Assembly: GCA_007127165.1 (NCBI GenBank)
Contig: SKZV01000195.1
Span: 1 to 12,518, forward strand
Origin: Rhodovibrio sp.
GTDB lineage: Bacteria > Pseudomonadota > Alphaproteobacteria > Kiloniellales > Rhodovibrionaceae
Reading direction: 5' to 3'
DNA: 12,518 nt
Under the pieces are notes generated by a model. That model was not told the DNA's origin. It saw only the letters and a program-made list of their open reading frames with translations, and searched no databases. Numbering within the stretch: position 1 is the first letter of the stretch; every line of letters begins with the position of its first letter. This document shows positions 1-7,778 of this stretch, piece after piece. The translations under genes and the position numbers were made by a program.

Positions 1-388
1 CGGCACTGATTGCGGTGATGCTTGCCTGCAGGTGTGCCGCGGCCTCCGGCTCGAAGGACTCGATGTCCGTGAGCAGTTGGCGGGCTTCCTCGATGGCGGC
101 CAGAGCAGCATCGGCAGCCTCGTCGTCCAGGCTGACAACCATGTCCATCGTCCAGTACCGGGTATCGTTATAGGCATCCTGGAGCGCGGAGATTCGGTTG
201 AGCCGGTCGAGCGCTTGGCCCTGCTGCACGACCGCCGTCCGGCTGCCGCTAACCTCTAGGACGTTGAAGCCTGCGATACCGCCGACCAACACGGCCATGG
301 CCACCAGCACCGCGGCCACCTTGATCCGCAAGGAAAGGTCTGCAAGTCCACGGAATCCGGAAAGGTTGCCGTGTTCGATCTTGCTCAT
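1..388 (-). CDS. N-terminal part of a membrane sensor, probably methyl-accepting chemotaxis protein-like (C-terminus outside window)
   Basis: Absent from the ORF track because it runs off the edge. My reverse-complement reading from ATG at 388 is open to base 1: MSKIEHGNLSGFRGLADLSLRIKVAAVLVAMAVLVGGIAGFNVLEVSGSRTAVVQQGQALDRLNRISALQDAYNDTRYWTMDMVVSLDDEAADAALAAIEEARQLLTDIESFEPEAAAHLQASITAIS. It has one N-terminal transmembrane segment followed by a helical sensor-like region. Signalling domain not visible, so the class is tentative. Confidence 0.6.
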   Translation of the reverse strand, partial: MSKIEHGNLSGFRGLADLSLRIKVAAVLVAMAVLVGGIAGFNVLEVSGSRTAVVQQGQALDRLNRISALQDAYNDTRYWTMDMVVSLDDEAADAALAAIEEARQLLTDIESFEPEAAAHLQASITAISA

Positions 389-643
389 TGTTGCCTCATG
401 GGATCGCTCGCGCCGGATATGCGATGGTATGACTCGTCAAGAATTTATGGATCATCGAAACCTCACTTTACGCGCAGACCGGTAAGTAATAATCTCATAA
501 TTGCTATATTAAACATTACGTATATCGAATATATTGCTGTTCCTAGAAACAAATAACCGCATTCGACGGAAAATATCATCATTTTTGTAGGGGAAAGCTT
601 GCGTAATATATTTCGTGTACATAAAAACAGAAGTGAGGAAGAA

Positions 644-1351
644 ATGAGACTTGCTTGGCCGAGGCTCAACAGCCCAACGGCGCTTCGCTGGGTTTTGGCG
701 ATACTGGTCTCCACAGCCGGGGCAGCACTGGTCTCCACTGTCGGGGTGGCGGTAGCCGGATCGATTCCGGGGGTCGGCACCGTCTTCACACCACGGGACA
801 TGGCGGCATGGGACGAAAGGAATTTTGCGGGCAGAACAGAGTACGAGGTTGTCGAGATGGCTGGGCGCGAGGCTCTTGAAGCGCGCTGCGACAACGCGGG
901 CTCCGCGCTCTATCTCGATCGCGAGGTCGACCTGCGCGAGACGCCGGTCATGGAATGGTCCTGGCAGGTGGAGGGGACGTTCGGTGCGGACATCGACGAG
1001 AGCGTCAAGGCGGGTGACGATTTCCCCGCCCGCGTTTACGTCGTGGTGGACGGCGGCTTGATGCGCTGGCGGACGCGAGCGGTTACCTACGTATGGTCCA
1101 GCGCGACGGAGAAACTCTCCGACTGGCCCAACCCCTATGCAAGTCAGGCGCGGATGGTTGCCATGCGGTCGGGCCCGCCGGAGCAACCGGGGAAGTGGAA
1201 GAACGAGCGGCGCAACGTACGGAAGGATTTCCGCCGCTTCCATGGCCGCGACCTCGATGCGATCGACGGTGTGGCGTTGATGACCGACTGCGACGATCTC
1301 GAGTCGACCGCCCGCGCCTGGTACGGGGAAATCCGCTTCGTGCCGGAGTAG
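644..1351 (+). CDS. DUF3047-like protein with N-terminal signal/TM segment
   Basis: ORF track gives 599..1351, but 599 is a TTG. ATG at 644 is preceded by gtgaggaagaa (Shine-Dalgarno-like) and followed by a hydrophobic leader (LRWVLAILVSTAGAALVSTVGVAVAG). Motifs FAGRTEYEVVEM, LYLDREVDLRETPVMEWSWQVEG, KAGDDFPARVYVVVDGG and YVWSS resemble the DUF3047 family. Confidence 0.75.
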   Translation: MRLAWPRLNSPTALRWVLAILVSTAGAALVSTVGVAVAGSIPGVGTVFTPRDMAAWDERNFAGRTEYEVVEMAGREALEARCDNAGSALYLDREVDLRETPVMEWSWQVEGTFGADIDESVKAGDDFPARVYVVVDGGLMRWRTRAVTYVWSSATEKLSDWPNPYASQARMVAMRSGPPEQPGKWKNERRNVRKDFRRFHGRDLDAIDGVALMTDCDDLESTARAWYGEIRFVPE

Positions 1352-1424
1352 CCCGAGGAGCGGCGCCGCTCACCATTCATTTACTGTTGGTGCGATACGA
1401 TGGCTTCGGCATGGAGGTCCCCGG

Positions 1425-1853
1425 ATGATAAAGCAGTGGAGCGAGCAGCGGCGGCATCAGCGTTACGCGGTGGAGTGGCGCGCACGGCTCATCGTCGGGT
1501 CCGGGGGGTACGACATTGCGCGCGACACCGTTGCCTGCGCCGTCCTCAACATCTCCGCGGGCGGCGCCAAGGTTTCGCTGGATCTGTTGCCGCAATGGCT
1601 GAGCGCGCGGCTGGACGCTTGCGCCGTCGGTTTGCCGGTATCGCTGGTGTTGACGACGCTTGCCCCTCTGGCGGGAAAGATTGCGTGGCGGCGTGACCGG
1701 GACATCGGGATTCGCTTTGACTCCGCCTTCCACGTGGCGCTCCATATGCGCCCGCTCACCGAAGCGGCGGAGATGGAACGGAAGCCGGCGCGAGTCACCT
1801 ACACCAGCCTTTGGTTCGTGAGGCGATTCAGATATCAAGCCGAAGTGGCTTGA
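1425..1853 (+). CDS. PilZ domain-containing protein (putative c-di-GMP binding)
   Basis: 142-aa ORF with RRHQR near the N-terminus (RxxxR-type motif) and NISAGG (D/NxSxxG motif). GGAGGT lies upstream of the ATG. Confidence 0.8.
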   Translation: MIKQWSEQRRHQRYAVEWRARLIVGSGGYDIARDTVACAVLNISAGGAKVSLDLLPQWLSARLDACAVGLPVSLVLTTLAPLAGKIAWRRDRDIGIRFDSAFHVALHMRPLTEAAEMERKPARVTYTSLWFVRRFRYQAEVA

Positions 1854-1860
1854 GATCATC

Positions 1861-1971
1861 GCGCTCTAGAGCATTTTCCGGCGAAGTGGACACCGGTTCG
1901 CCGCTAGAAAATGCGCAAAAACCAGAATCTAGAGCGCCGTTCCGATTCAATCGGAACGAAATGCGCTCTAG
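1861..1971. repeat. Composite extragenic palindromic element, RIME-like (Rhizobium intergenic mosaic element-like)
   Basis: First unit agcattttccggcgaagtggacaccggttcgccgctagaaaatgcgc (1870-1916). Second unit 1929-1971: CTAGAGCGC + CGTTCCGATT-c-AATCGGAACG + aaat + GCGCTCTAG, a long near-perfect palindrome. A related copy of the first unit is at 11721-11768. Confidence 0.8.
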
Positions 1972-2297
1972 CCAGCCAGATGGACCACGACCACGCCGCC
2001 AATGATCATGGCGATTCCAGCCGCCTTTACGACGCTGAACGCCTCACCGAAGAAAAACGTGCCGACAAAGGCGACGCCGACCACGCCGAGCCCGGCCCAG
2101 ATCGCGTAGACCATCCCCACCGGCAGGACCCGCAGCGTCTGCGCCAGCAGGATAAACGCTAGGCCATAGCCCGCGATGACCACGGCGGAGGGCGTGAGCC
2201 GGGTGAGGCCGTCCGAAGCCTTCAGCGCGGAGGTGGCGATAACCTCACTGAAGATCGCCACCGTGAGAGTGACATAGGCGAGCAGCGTTGCGGTCAT
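1968..2297 (-). CDS. Small multidrug resistance (SMR) transporter, EmrE/Qac-type
   Basis: 109-aa ORF, four hydrophobic segments, SEVIATSALKASDGLTRLTPS, FILLAQTLRVLPVGMVYAIWAGLG. Closer to EmrE-type than Gdx/SugE-type motifs. Start codon overlaps the TetR stop. Confidence 0.92.
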   Translation of the reverse strand: MTATLLAYVTLTVAIFSEVIATSALKASDGLTRLTPSAVVIAGYGLAFILLAQTLRVLPVGMVYAIWAGLGVVGVAFVGTFFFGEAFSVVKAAGIAMIIGGVVVVHLAG

Positions 2298-2893
2298 TCC
2301 GGCGCACTCCCGCCGAGGCGCGTCAAGGCCTCCAGCTTGCGCAACACCCGTGCGCGTTCTTCCGGTTCAAGGACGGGGAGGCCGAAAACGTCGTTCATCC
2401 ATAGCCCATCGGCGGCGAGGCGGACCACATGCGCGAGCTCCGGATCGATCCCGTCGTTCGCGCTGGCGGCCGCCCACTCCCGCATGTGTTTGTGGAGACG
2501 GCGCAGCAAGGCCGGTTCGTTCAGGCAGGCCGCGAGAATCGCCATTTCCAGGCGCGATTGGGTGCCGGACTCGTCGCGCTCCGCCAACATGCAGGCCTTG
2601 AGGTACCCACGAACCCAACTTCCGGGGGTGTCGTCGGAGGCGCGATACGCCGCGACCTGAGAGTCCGTAACGTCCACGAGCTGGTCGAGCATCGCGCCAA
2701 TCAAGGCGTCCTTGGTCGCGTAGTGGTAGATCAACCCGCCCTTGCTGAGCCCGGCTTCCGTGGCCACCGCGTCCAGCGTCAACCCCGGTACCCCGTCGCG
2801 CAGGATCACACGCGCCGCAGCTTGCAGTAGCTCCTGCTTCGTGTCTTTGCGGGGTGCCCTTGGGCGCGCGGGAGCTGGTTTGTCATCGTTCAT
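2294..2893 (-). CDS. TetR/AcrR family transcriptional regulator
   Basis: 199-aa ORF with N-terminal HTH: RKDTKQELLQAAARVILRDGVPGLTLDAVATEAGLSKGGLIYHYATKDALIGAML. ATGA overlap (2294-2297) with the downstream SMR gene. Confidence 0.93.
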   Translation of the reverse strand: MNDDKPAPARPRAPRKDTKQELLQAAARVILRDGVPGLTLDAVATEAGLSKGGLIYHYATKDALIGAMLDQLVDVTDSQVAAYRASDDTPGSWVRGYLKACMLAERDESGTQSRLEMAILAACLNEPALLRRLHKHMREWAAASANDGIDPELAHVVRLAADGLWMNDVFGLPVLEPEERARVLRKLEALTRLGGSAPE

Positions 2894-2901
2894 GCCAGAA
2901 A

Positions 2902-2925
2902 ACTATACCGGCCAGTCGGTATAGT
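2902..2925. promoter_or_regulatory. Palindromic operator, likely bound by the adjacent TetR regulator
   Basis: Perfect inverted repeat ACTATACCG-gccagt-CGGTATAGT (9-nt arms, 6-nt spacer) 8 nt upstream of the tetR-like start codon. Confidence 0.75.
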
Positions 2926-3074
2926 CAAATCCTTCTGAAAACCTCTGGCGGTGATCGGCGCAGCCGCAACCCGTTTCAGGGGCCCCACCACATTTCAGGG
3001 GTTTGACAACAAGGGCCATCGCGCGATCTTGTTGCTACACTGACCTTTGAGTCCACGGGACAAGGAAGCCGCAG

Positions 3075-3869
3075 ATGCCCCGCGATTTTCGTTTTGCCCT
3101 GATCACTGGCGCGTCCAGTGGGATCGGCGCCGCATTCGCCCGCGCCCTACCCGAATCAACCGATCTGCTGCTGTCCGGGCGCAATTCCGAGCGCCTCGAC
3201 GCGATCTGCGAAGAGCTACGCGTGGGCGGGCGGGTCGTTGAACCACTGGCGGCGGATCTGCAGGACCCTGCCGACCGGCGCAGGCTGATCGGCCGTGCGG
3301 AGACGCTGGAAATCGACCTGTTGGTGAACAATGCCGGGGTGGGACAGTTCGGCGCGGTGCTCGACAATGACCCGGCGGGGGAGGTGGCGACCGTCGAAGT
3401 GAACTGTACCGCTCCCGTCGAACTCTGCGTCAGCCTTCTCCCCGGAATGATCGACCGCGCCCGCTACCAGGGCGGCAAGGCAGGGCTTATCAACGTGTCT
3501 TCCACCTTTGCAGTACAACCGGTGCCCTACATCGCCACCTACAGCGCCAGTAAGGCCTTCCTTCTAAGCTGGACCGAGAGCCTGGCGGAAGAACTGCGGC
3601 ACAAGCCGATCGAGGTGCTCGCACTCTGCCCCGGCGCGACCCGCACCGGCAGTGCCGAGCGCGCGGGCCTTCGCGGAGAGGTCCCCTGGGCGGTCGAGCC
3701 GGAGAAGGTGGCGCGGGAAGGCCTCCGCGCGCTGGGCCGCTGCTCCGTACACGTCGTTGGTGGAGCCAGCCGCGCGGCGCTCGCCCCCTACTTCCTGCCC
3801 CGGCGGATCGCGGCGGGCGGCCTGCGCGCGATCATGGGCTTTGCGAGCAAGACCGCCAAGCGGAGTTAA
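3075..3869 (+). CDS. Short-chain dehydrogenase/reductase (SDR) family oxidoreductase
   Basis: 264-aa ORF: ALITGASSGIG (TGxxxGIG cofactor motif), LLVNNAG (NNAG), NVSSTF...YIATYSASKAF (S...YxxxK-type active site). Confidence 0.93.
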   Translation: MPRDFRFALITGASSGIGAAFARALPESTDLLLSGRNSERLDAICEELRVGGRVVEPLAADLQDPADRRRLIGRAETLEIDLLVNNAGVGQFGAVLDNDPAGEVATVEVNCTAPVELCVSLLPGMIDRARYQGGKAGLINVSSTFAVQPVPYIATYSASKAFLLSWTESLAEELRHKPIEVLALCPGATRTGSAERAGLRGEVPWAVEPEKVAREGLRALGRCSVHVVGGASRAALAPYFLPRRIAAGGLRAIMGFASKTAKRS

Positions 3870-5311
3870 GGCAGGCTCGGCCGCTTGTCCCACCAGGGGT
3901 GCGCCGCTTCCAGTTGTGCGGCAAGGCGGAACAACCGGTCCTCGCGGCCCATCGGCGCGGCGAACATCACCCCCAGCGGCAGACCTTCCGGCGACCACAC
4001 CAGGGGCACCGACATGGCAGGGCATCCGGTGGCGTTGTAGAGCTGCGTGAAGGGGGAGTAGGCTGCCTGCTGCGCCAGCGCCGCGTCGGTCTCCTCGACG
4101 TTCGTCTGCAGGGTGCCTATGGGAGCGGGTGGCTGGGCCAGGGTCGGCGAGAGAATCACGTCGTAGTCTTCGAAGAAGTAGCCGACGCGCCGCCCGAAAG
4201 CCTGGATCGTAGCGCGTGCCCGCGCATAGTCGGCAGCGCTTCTGCGGCGTGCGCCCTCGGTCAGCGCCACGACCAGTGTTTCGACTTCACCGGCCACCAG
4301 CGGCCGCCCGAGCGCTTGCGCGAGCGCGTCCATATCGACGGCCGCATGGGCGCCGATGACGGTTAGGAAGGCCTCGCCGAAGGCTTCGCTGTCGATGCCC
4401 GGGTCCGCTTCTTCTACGTGGTGTCCCAGAGCTTCACAGAGTTTCGCAGCCTGCTCGGCGGCGGCGCGGCAGACGGGAGCGCTGGGGAAATCGGGGCTGG
4501 CCTCGCGTTGCAGTGCAATCCGCAGGCGACCGGGCGGTGTCTCGACTTCTTGCAGATAGGGCCGGCGCGGCGGCGGGGCGAAATACGGGTCGCCGGTTTC
4601 GGAGCCGGCCACGGCGTCCAAAAGGGCGGCGGAATCGCGCACGCTGCGCGTTACCGCATGGGCCGTGGCGAGGCCGCTCCAGGCTTCCGAAATGACCGGT
4701 CCGAGGGCTGTGCGTCCGCGTGTCGGCTTCAGCCCGAAAAGTCCGCAGCAGGAGGCCGGGACCCGGATTGAGCCGCCGCCGTCGGAGGCGTGCGCCGCCG
4801 GAACCATGCCGCCCGCGACGGCCGCTGCCGCACCGCCGCTGGAGCCACCGGCGCTGTGCCTTAAGCTCCACGGGTTGCGGGTGGGGCCGAACGCGCGGGG
4901 CTCGGTGGTGAAGGAGAGGCCGAACTCGCTGGTATTGGTCTTGCCGAAAATGACCAGGTCAGCCGCTTCCAACCGCTCGACATGGGTGCTAGTAAACCGC
5001 GCGGGAACATCCTTAAGTACGGCGGTTCCGGCTGAGGTAGGGATTCCGACGATCTGAACGCCCAGGTCTTTGATCGGATAAGGAACCCCCGCCAGCGGCC
5101 CCGCGCCGGGCGTGAGCGCGTCGGCGCGCGACTTCGCATAGTCGTAGAGTGGGCGGATGATCGCGTTGAGCTCGGGATTCCGCGCTTCCGTCCGTTCGAT
5201 AGCCCCGTCGAGGGCTTCGCGCGGCGTGATCTGCCTTTCCGCAATCAGCCGCGCAAGCCCCAGCGCATCGTAATCTTCGTAATCGGGAAAGCGCATTCCG
5301 TCGTCAGCCAC
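3866..5311 (-). CDS. Amidase (amidase signature family)
   Basis: 481-aa ORF: [70 protein letters not shown] start at 5311; alternative ATG at 5296. Confidence 0.93.
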   Translation of the reverse strand: MADDGMRFPDYEDYDALGLARLIAERQITPREALDGAIERTEARNPELNAIIRPLYDYAKSRADALTPGAGPLAGVPYPIKDLGVQIVGIPTSAGTAVLKDVPARFTSTHVERLEAADLVIFGKTNTSEFGLSFTTEPRAFGPTRNPWSLRHSAGGSSGGAAAAVAGGMVPAAHASDGGGSIRVPASCCGLFGLKPTRGRTALGPVISEAWSGLATAHAVTRSVRDSAALLDAVAGSETGDPYFAPPPRRPYLQEVETPPGRLRIALQREASPDFPSAPVCRAAAEQAAKLCEALGHHVEEADPGIDSEAFGEAFLTVIGAHAAVDMDALAQALGRPLVAGEVETLVVALTEGARRRSAADYARARATIQAFGRRVGYFFEDYDVILSPTLAQPPAPIGTLQTNVEETDAALAQQAAYSPFTQLYNATGCPAMSVPLVWSPEGLPLGVMFAAPMGREDRLFRLAAQLEAAHPWWDKRPSLP

Positions 5312-6302
5312 CCGTGACGCTCATGTGGCGCGACACGGAGGGGCGCCGGTTGCGGCGGTCGATGATGAAATCATGCCCCTTCGGCTTCCGGCTTATGGCC
5401 TCCCGGATGGTTTCGCGCAGCGGCTCGTCATCGTCGCTCTGGCGCAAGGGCGCGCGCAGGTCGGCGTCGTCGTCCTGCCCCAGGCACATGTAGAGCATGC
5501 CGGTGCATGTCAGGCGCACACGGTTGCAGCTTTCGCAGAAATTGTGCGTCATCGGCGTGATGAAGCCGATCCGCCCGCCGGTCTCCTCGCAGCGGACATA
5601 GCGCGCCGGGCCGCCGGTCTTGTCGGGAAGGTCGGTCAGCGTGTAGCTTTTCTGCAATTGCCCGCGCAGCATCGAGAGCGGTAGGTACTGATCCAGACGG
5701 TTCTCGCCAACGTCGCCCATCGGCATCACCTCGATAAAGGTAATGTCCCAGCCTTCGCGGTGGGACCACGCGATCATCTTCTCGACCTCGTCGTCGTTCA
5801 CGCCGCGCAGCGCCACCGCGTTGATTTTGATGTGCAGGCCCGCCGCCTTGGCCGCATCCAGCCCGGCCATCACCTTGTCGTAGTTGCCCCAGCGCGTGAT
5901 CGCCTTGAACTTGTCGCGGTCCAGCGTGTCCAGCGAGACGTTCAACCGCCGTATGCCGTAGTCGTAAAGCTGCTGCGCGAAGCGGGTAAGCTGGCTGGCG
6001 TTCGTGGTCAGCGTCAGCTCTTCCAGAGCGCCGCTGTCCAGATGGCGGCTCAACCGCTCGATCAGCCACATGATGTTCCGCCGCACCAGCGGCTCGCCGC
6101 CGGTCAGGCGCAGCTTCTTCACGCCCATGTCGACGAAGGTGCTGCACAGCCGGTCCATCTCCTCCAGGCTGAGTAGTTCCTTCTTCGGCAGGAAGGTCAT
6201 GTCTTCGGCCATGCAGTAAACACAGCGGAAATCGCAGCGATCGGTCACCGAAACACGAAGGTAGGTGATGTCGCGGTCATAAGGATCGACCAGGTTCGTC
6301 AT
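5304..6302 (-). CDS. moaA: GTP 3',8-cyclase MoaA (molybdenum cofactor biosynthesis)
   Basis: 332-aa ORF: [15 protein letters not shown] (radical SAM CxxxCxxC), [13 protein letters not shown]-terminal cluster [22 protein letters not shown], terminal GG. Confidence 0.97.
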   Translation of the reverse strand: MTNLVDPYDRDITYLRVSVTDRCDFRCVYCMAEDMTFLPKKELLSLEEMDRLCSTFVDMGVKKLRLTGGEPLVRRNIMWLIERLSRHLDSGALEELTLTTNASQLTRFAQQLYDYGIRRLNVSLDTLDRDKFKAITRWGNYDKVMAGLDAAKAAGLHIKINAVALRGVNDDEVEKMIAWSHREGWDITFIEVMPMGDVGENRLDQYLPLSMLRGQLQKSYTLTDLPDKTGGPARYVRCEETGGRIGFITPMTHNFCESCNRVRLTCTGMLYMCLGQDDDADLRAPLRQSDDDEPLRETIREAISRKPKGHDFIIDRRNRRPSVSRHMSVTGG

Positions 6303-6441
6303 CTAAGGCCCCTCTGTTATCCATGTCGCGCCGCGCCGCCGCGCGTCTGTCTGACATGACTGATTTGACCATAAGCGATATGTCTTGCCAACCATATCGA
6401 AAGAAAAATTCCGTGAAACCGGCACGAACTATACCAGTGGG

Positions 6442-7437
6442 TTATGCCCCCTGACCGGCCTCGCGTGGTGCGGCGGCGCGTTGCAGGCGGTCGTTGATCG
6501 CCTGTCCCAATCCCCGGTTCGGGATCGCCATGGCGGCGATGGCGACGAGATCCGGCCGGTCCAGCTCGTGCAGATACGCAAAGAGGTTGGCTGCCGCTTC
6601 TTCCAGATCGCCGCGCGGACTGAGGTTTCGGACGACCGCCGCGCCCTCCGGCGGTTCCGGCCCGAAGGCGAGCAAGGCTTCATCCGGGCGGACCGAGGTT
6701 GCATTGAGGCGAAGCGGCAGGCCGGGGGCGTAGTGACTTGGCAAGCGGCCGGGAGAGTGCGGTGCAGCCGCGTCGCCGGCGCGCTCCGCGACCTCGCCGA
6801 GCAGCGCCTCCAGTGTCTCACGCGGCAGGCCGCCCGGGCGCAGCAGCACCGGAGTCTCGCCTGTCAGGTCGAGCACCGTGCTTTCCAACCCGACCGGGCA
6901 GGGGCCGCCGTCCACAATCAGGCTCACCCGCCCGCCGAGCGAGGCAGCCACATGTTGGGCCGTCGTGGGGCTGATCCGGCCCGAAGCATTGGCGCTCGGT
7001 GCGGCGATCGGAAGGGCGGCGGCGCGCAGCACGGCCTGCGCCACGGGATGCGCAGGAACCCGAATCGCCAAAGTGTCCAGCCCCGCGCTTGCCAGCCGAG
7101 CGATTGGCGAGTCCGCGCGGCGCGGCAGTACGAGGGTCAGCGGACCGGGCCAGAACGCCCGAGCCACGCGCAACGCCCGCGCGTCGAAGCAGGCAAGCGC
7201 CTCAGCCGCTTCGATGCCTGGAACGTGGACGATCAGCGGGTTGAAACGCGGGCGCTCCTTGGCCGCGAAGATACGGGCAACGGCCTCCTCGCTGGTCGCG
7301 TCGCCGCCAAGCCCGTAAACCGTCTCGGTGGGGAAGGCCACAAGCCGCCCGGCGCGCAGCAACCTTCCAGCCTCCGCAATCGCATCGGGGGCGTCGGCCG
7401 GGCGGATCTCAGGGGACTTGGCGGTAGGGGATTGCAT
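6442..7437 (-). CDS. tsaC: L-threonylcarbamoyladenylate synthase, Sua5-type (YrdC domain plus C-terminal Sua5 domain)
   Basis: GRLVAFPTETVYGLGGDATSEEAVARIFAAKERPRFNPLIVHV, FWPGPLTLVLPR, DTLAIRVPAHP, APSANASGRISPTTAQHV, then SPGRLPSHYAPGLPL. ORF track starts at 7449 (GTG); ATG at 7437 is equally plausible. Confidence 0.93.
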   Translation of the reverse strand: MQSPTAKSPEIRPADAPDAIAEAGRLLRAGRLVAFPTETVYGLGGDATSEEAVARIFAAKERPRFNPLIVHVPGIEAAEALACFDARALRVARAFWPGPLTLVLPRRADSPIARLASAGLDTLAIRVPAHPVAQAVLRAAALPIAAPSANASGRISPTTAQHVAASLGGRVSLIVDGGPCPVGLESTVLDLTGETPVLLRPGGLPRETLEALLGEVAERAGDAAAPHSPGRLPSHYAPGLPLRLNATSVRPDEALLAFGPEPPEGAAVVRNLSPRGDLEEAAANLFAYLHELDRPDLVAIAAMAIPNRGLGQAINDRLQRAAAPREAGQGA

Positions 7438-7778
7438 GACAGGGCGCACTGTAATTGCCGGAGCGCCGTTTGCAAAAGGCGCAATGCAAAGACGCCGACA
7501 GCTTTTCTGCCGGCGTCCCTCTTTGCCATCTCAATTGACACGCTCCCCGTCCGCGGTCACGGGTACGGCCAGTCGCCGCACAGGGTTTGCGGCGGCGTAT
7601 GCGTCACCGGTTTTCCGGCCACGTAGAAAAATTATGTACCCACCGTTGGTCTGGAATCAAGACCTCTTTGTCGTGTCAGCGCCGGTTGGACCACCGGCGT
7701 TCCCGCCTTTGCTTGCCGGAACACGGTAAAGCAGTGCACGATCGGCGTGCAGTACGGAATTCGGGGGGAGATAGGCCG

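Noticed and set aside
509-1243. 244-aa minus-strand ORF opposite the DUF3047-like gene
   Set aside because: Antisense to a gene with a Shine-Dalgarno, signal sequence and family motifs; composition is shadow-like.
1861-1971. CRISPR array or intrinsic terminator
   Set aside because: No regularly spaced repeats and no U-tract. Two different palindromic units plus a related copy elsewhere point to a dispersed extragenic repeat.
5428-6147. 239-aa minus-strand ORF inside moaA
   Set aside because: Alternate frame within a confidently assigned moaA.
6385-7626. 413-aa plus-strand ORF spanning the tsaC-like gene
   Set aside because: Antisense to a confidently identified Sua5/TsaC-type gene. Composition (Arg/Gly/Pro/His/Ala rich, no domain motifs) is typical of shadow ORFs in GC-rich DNA.
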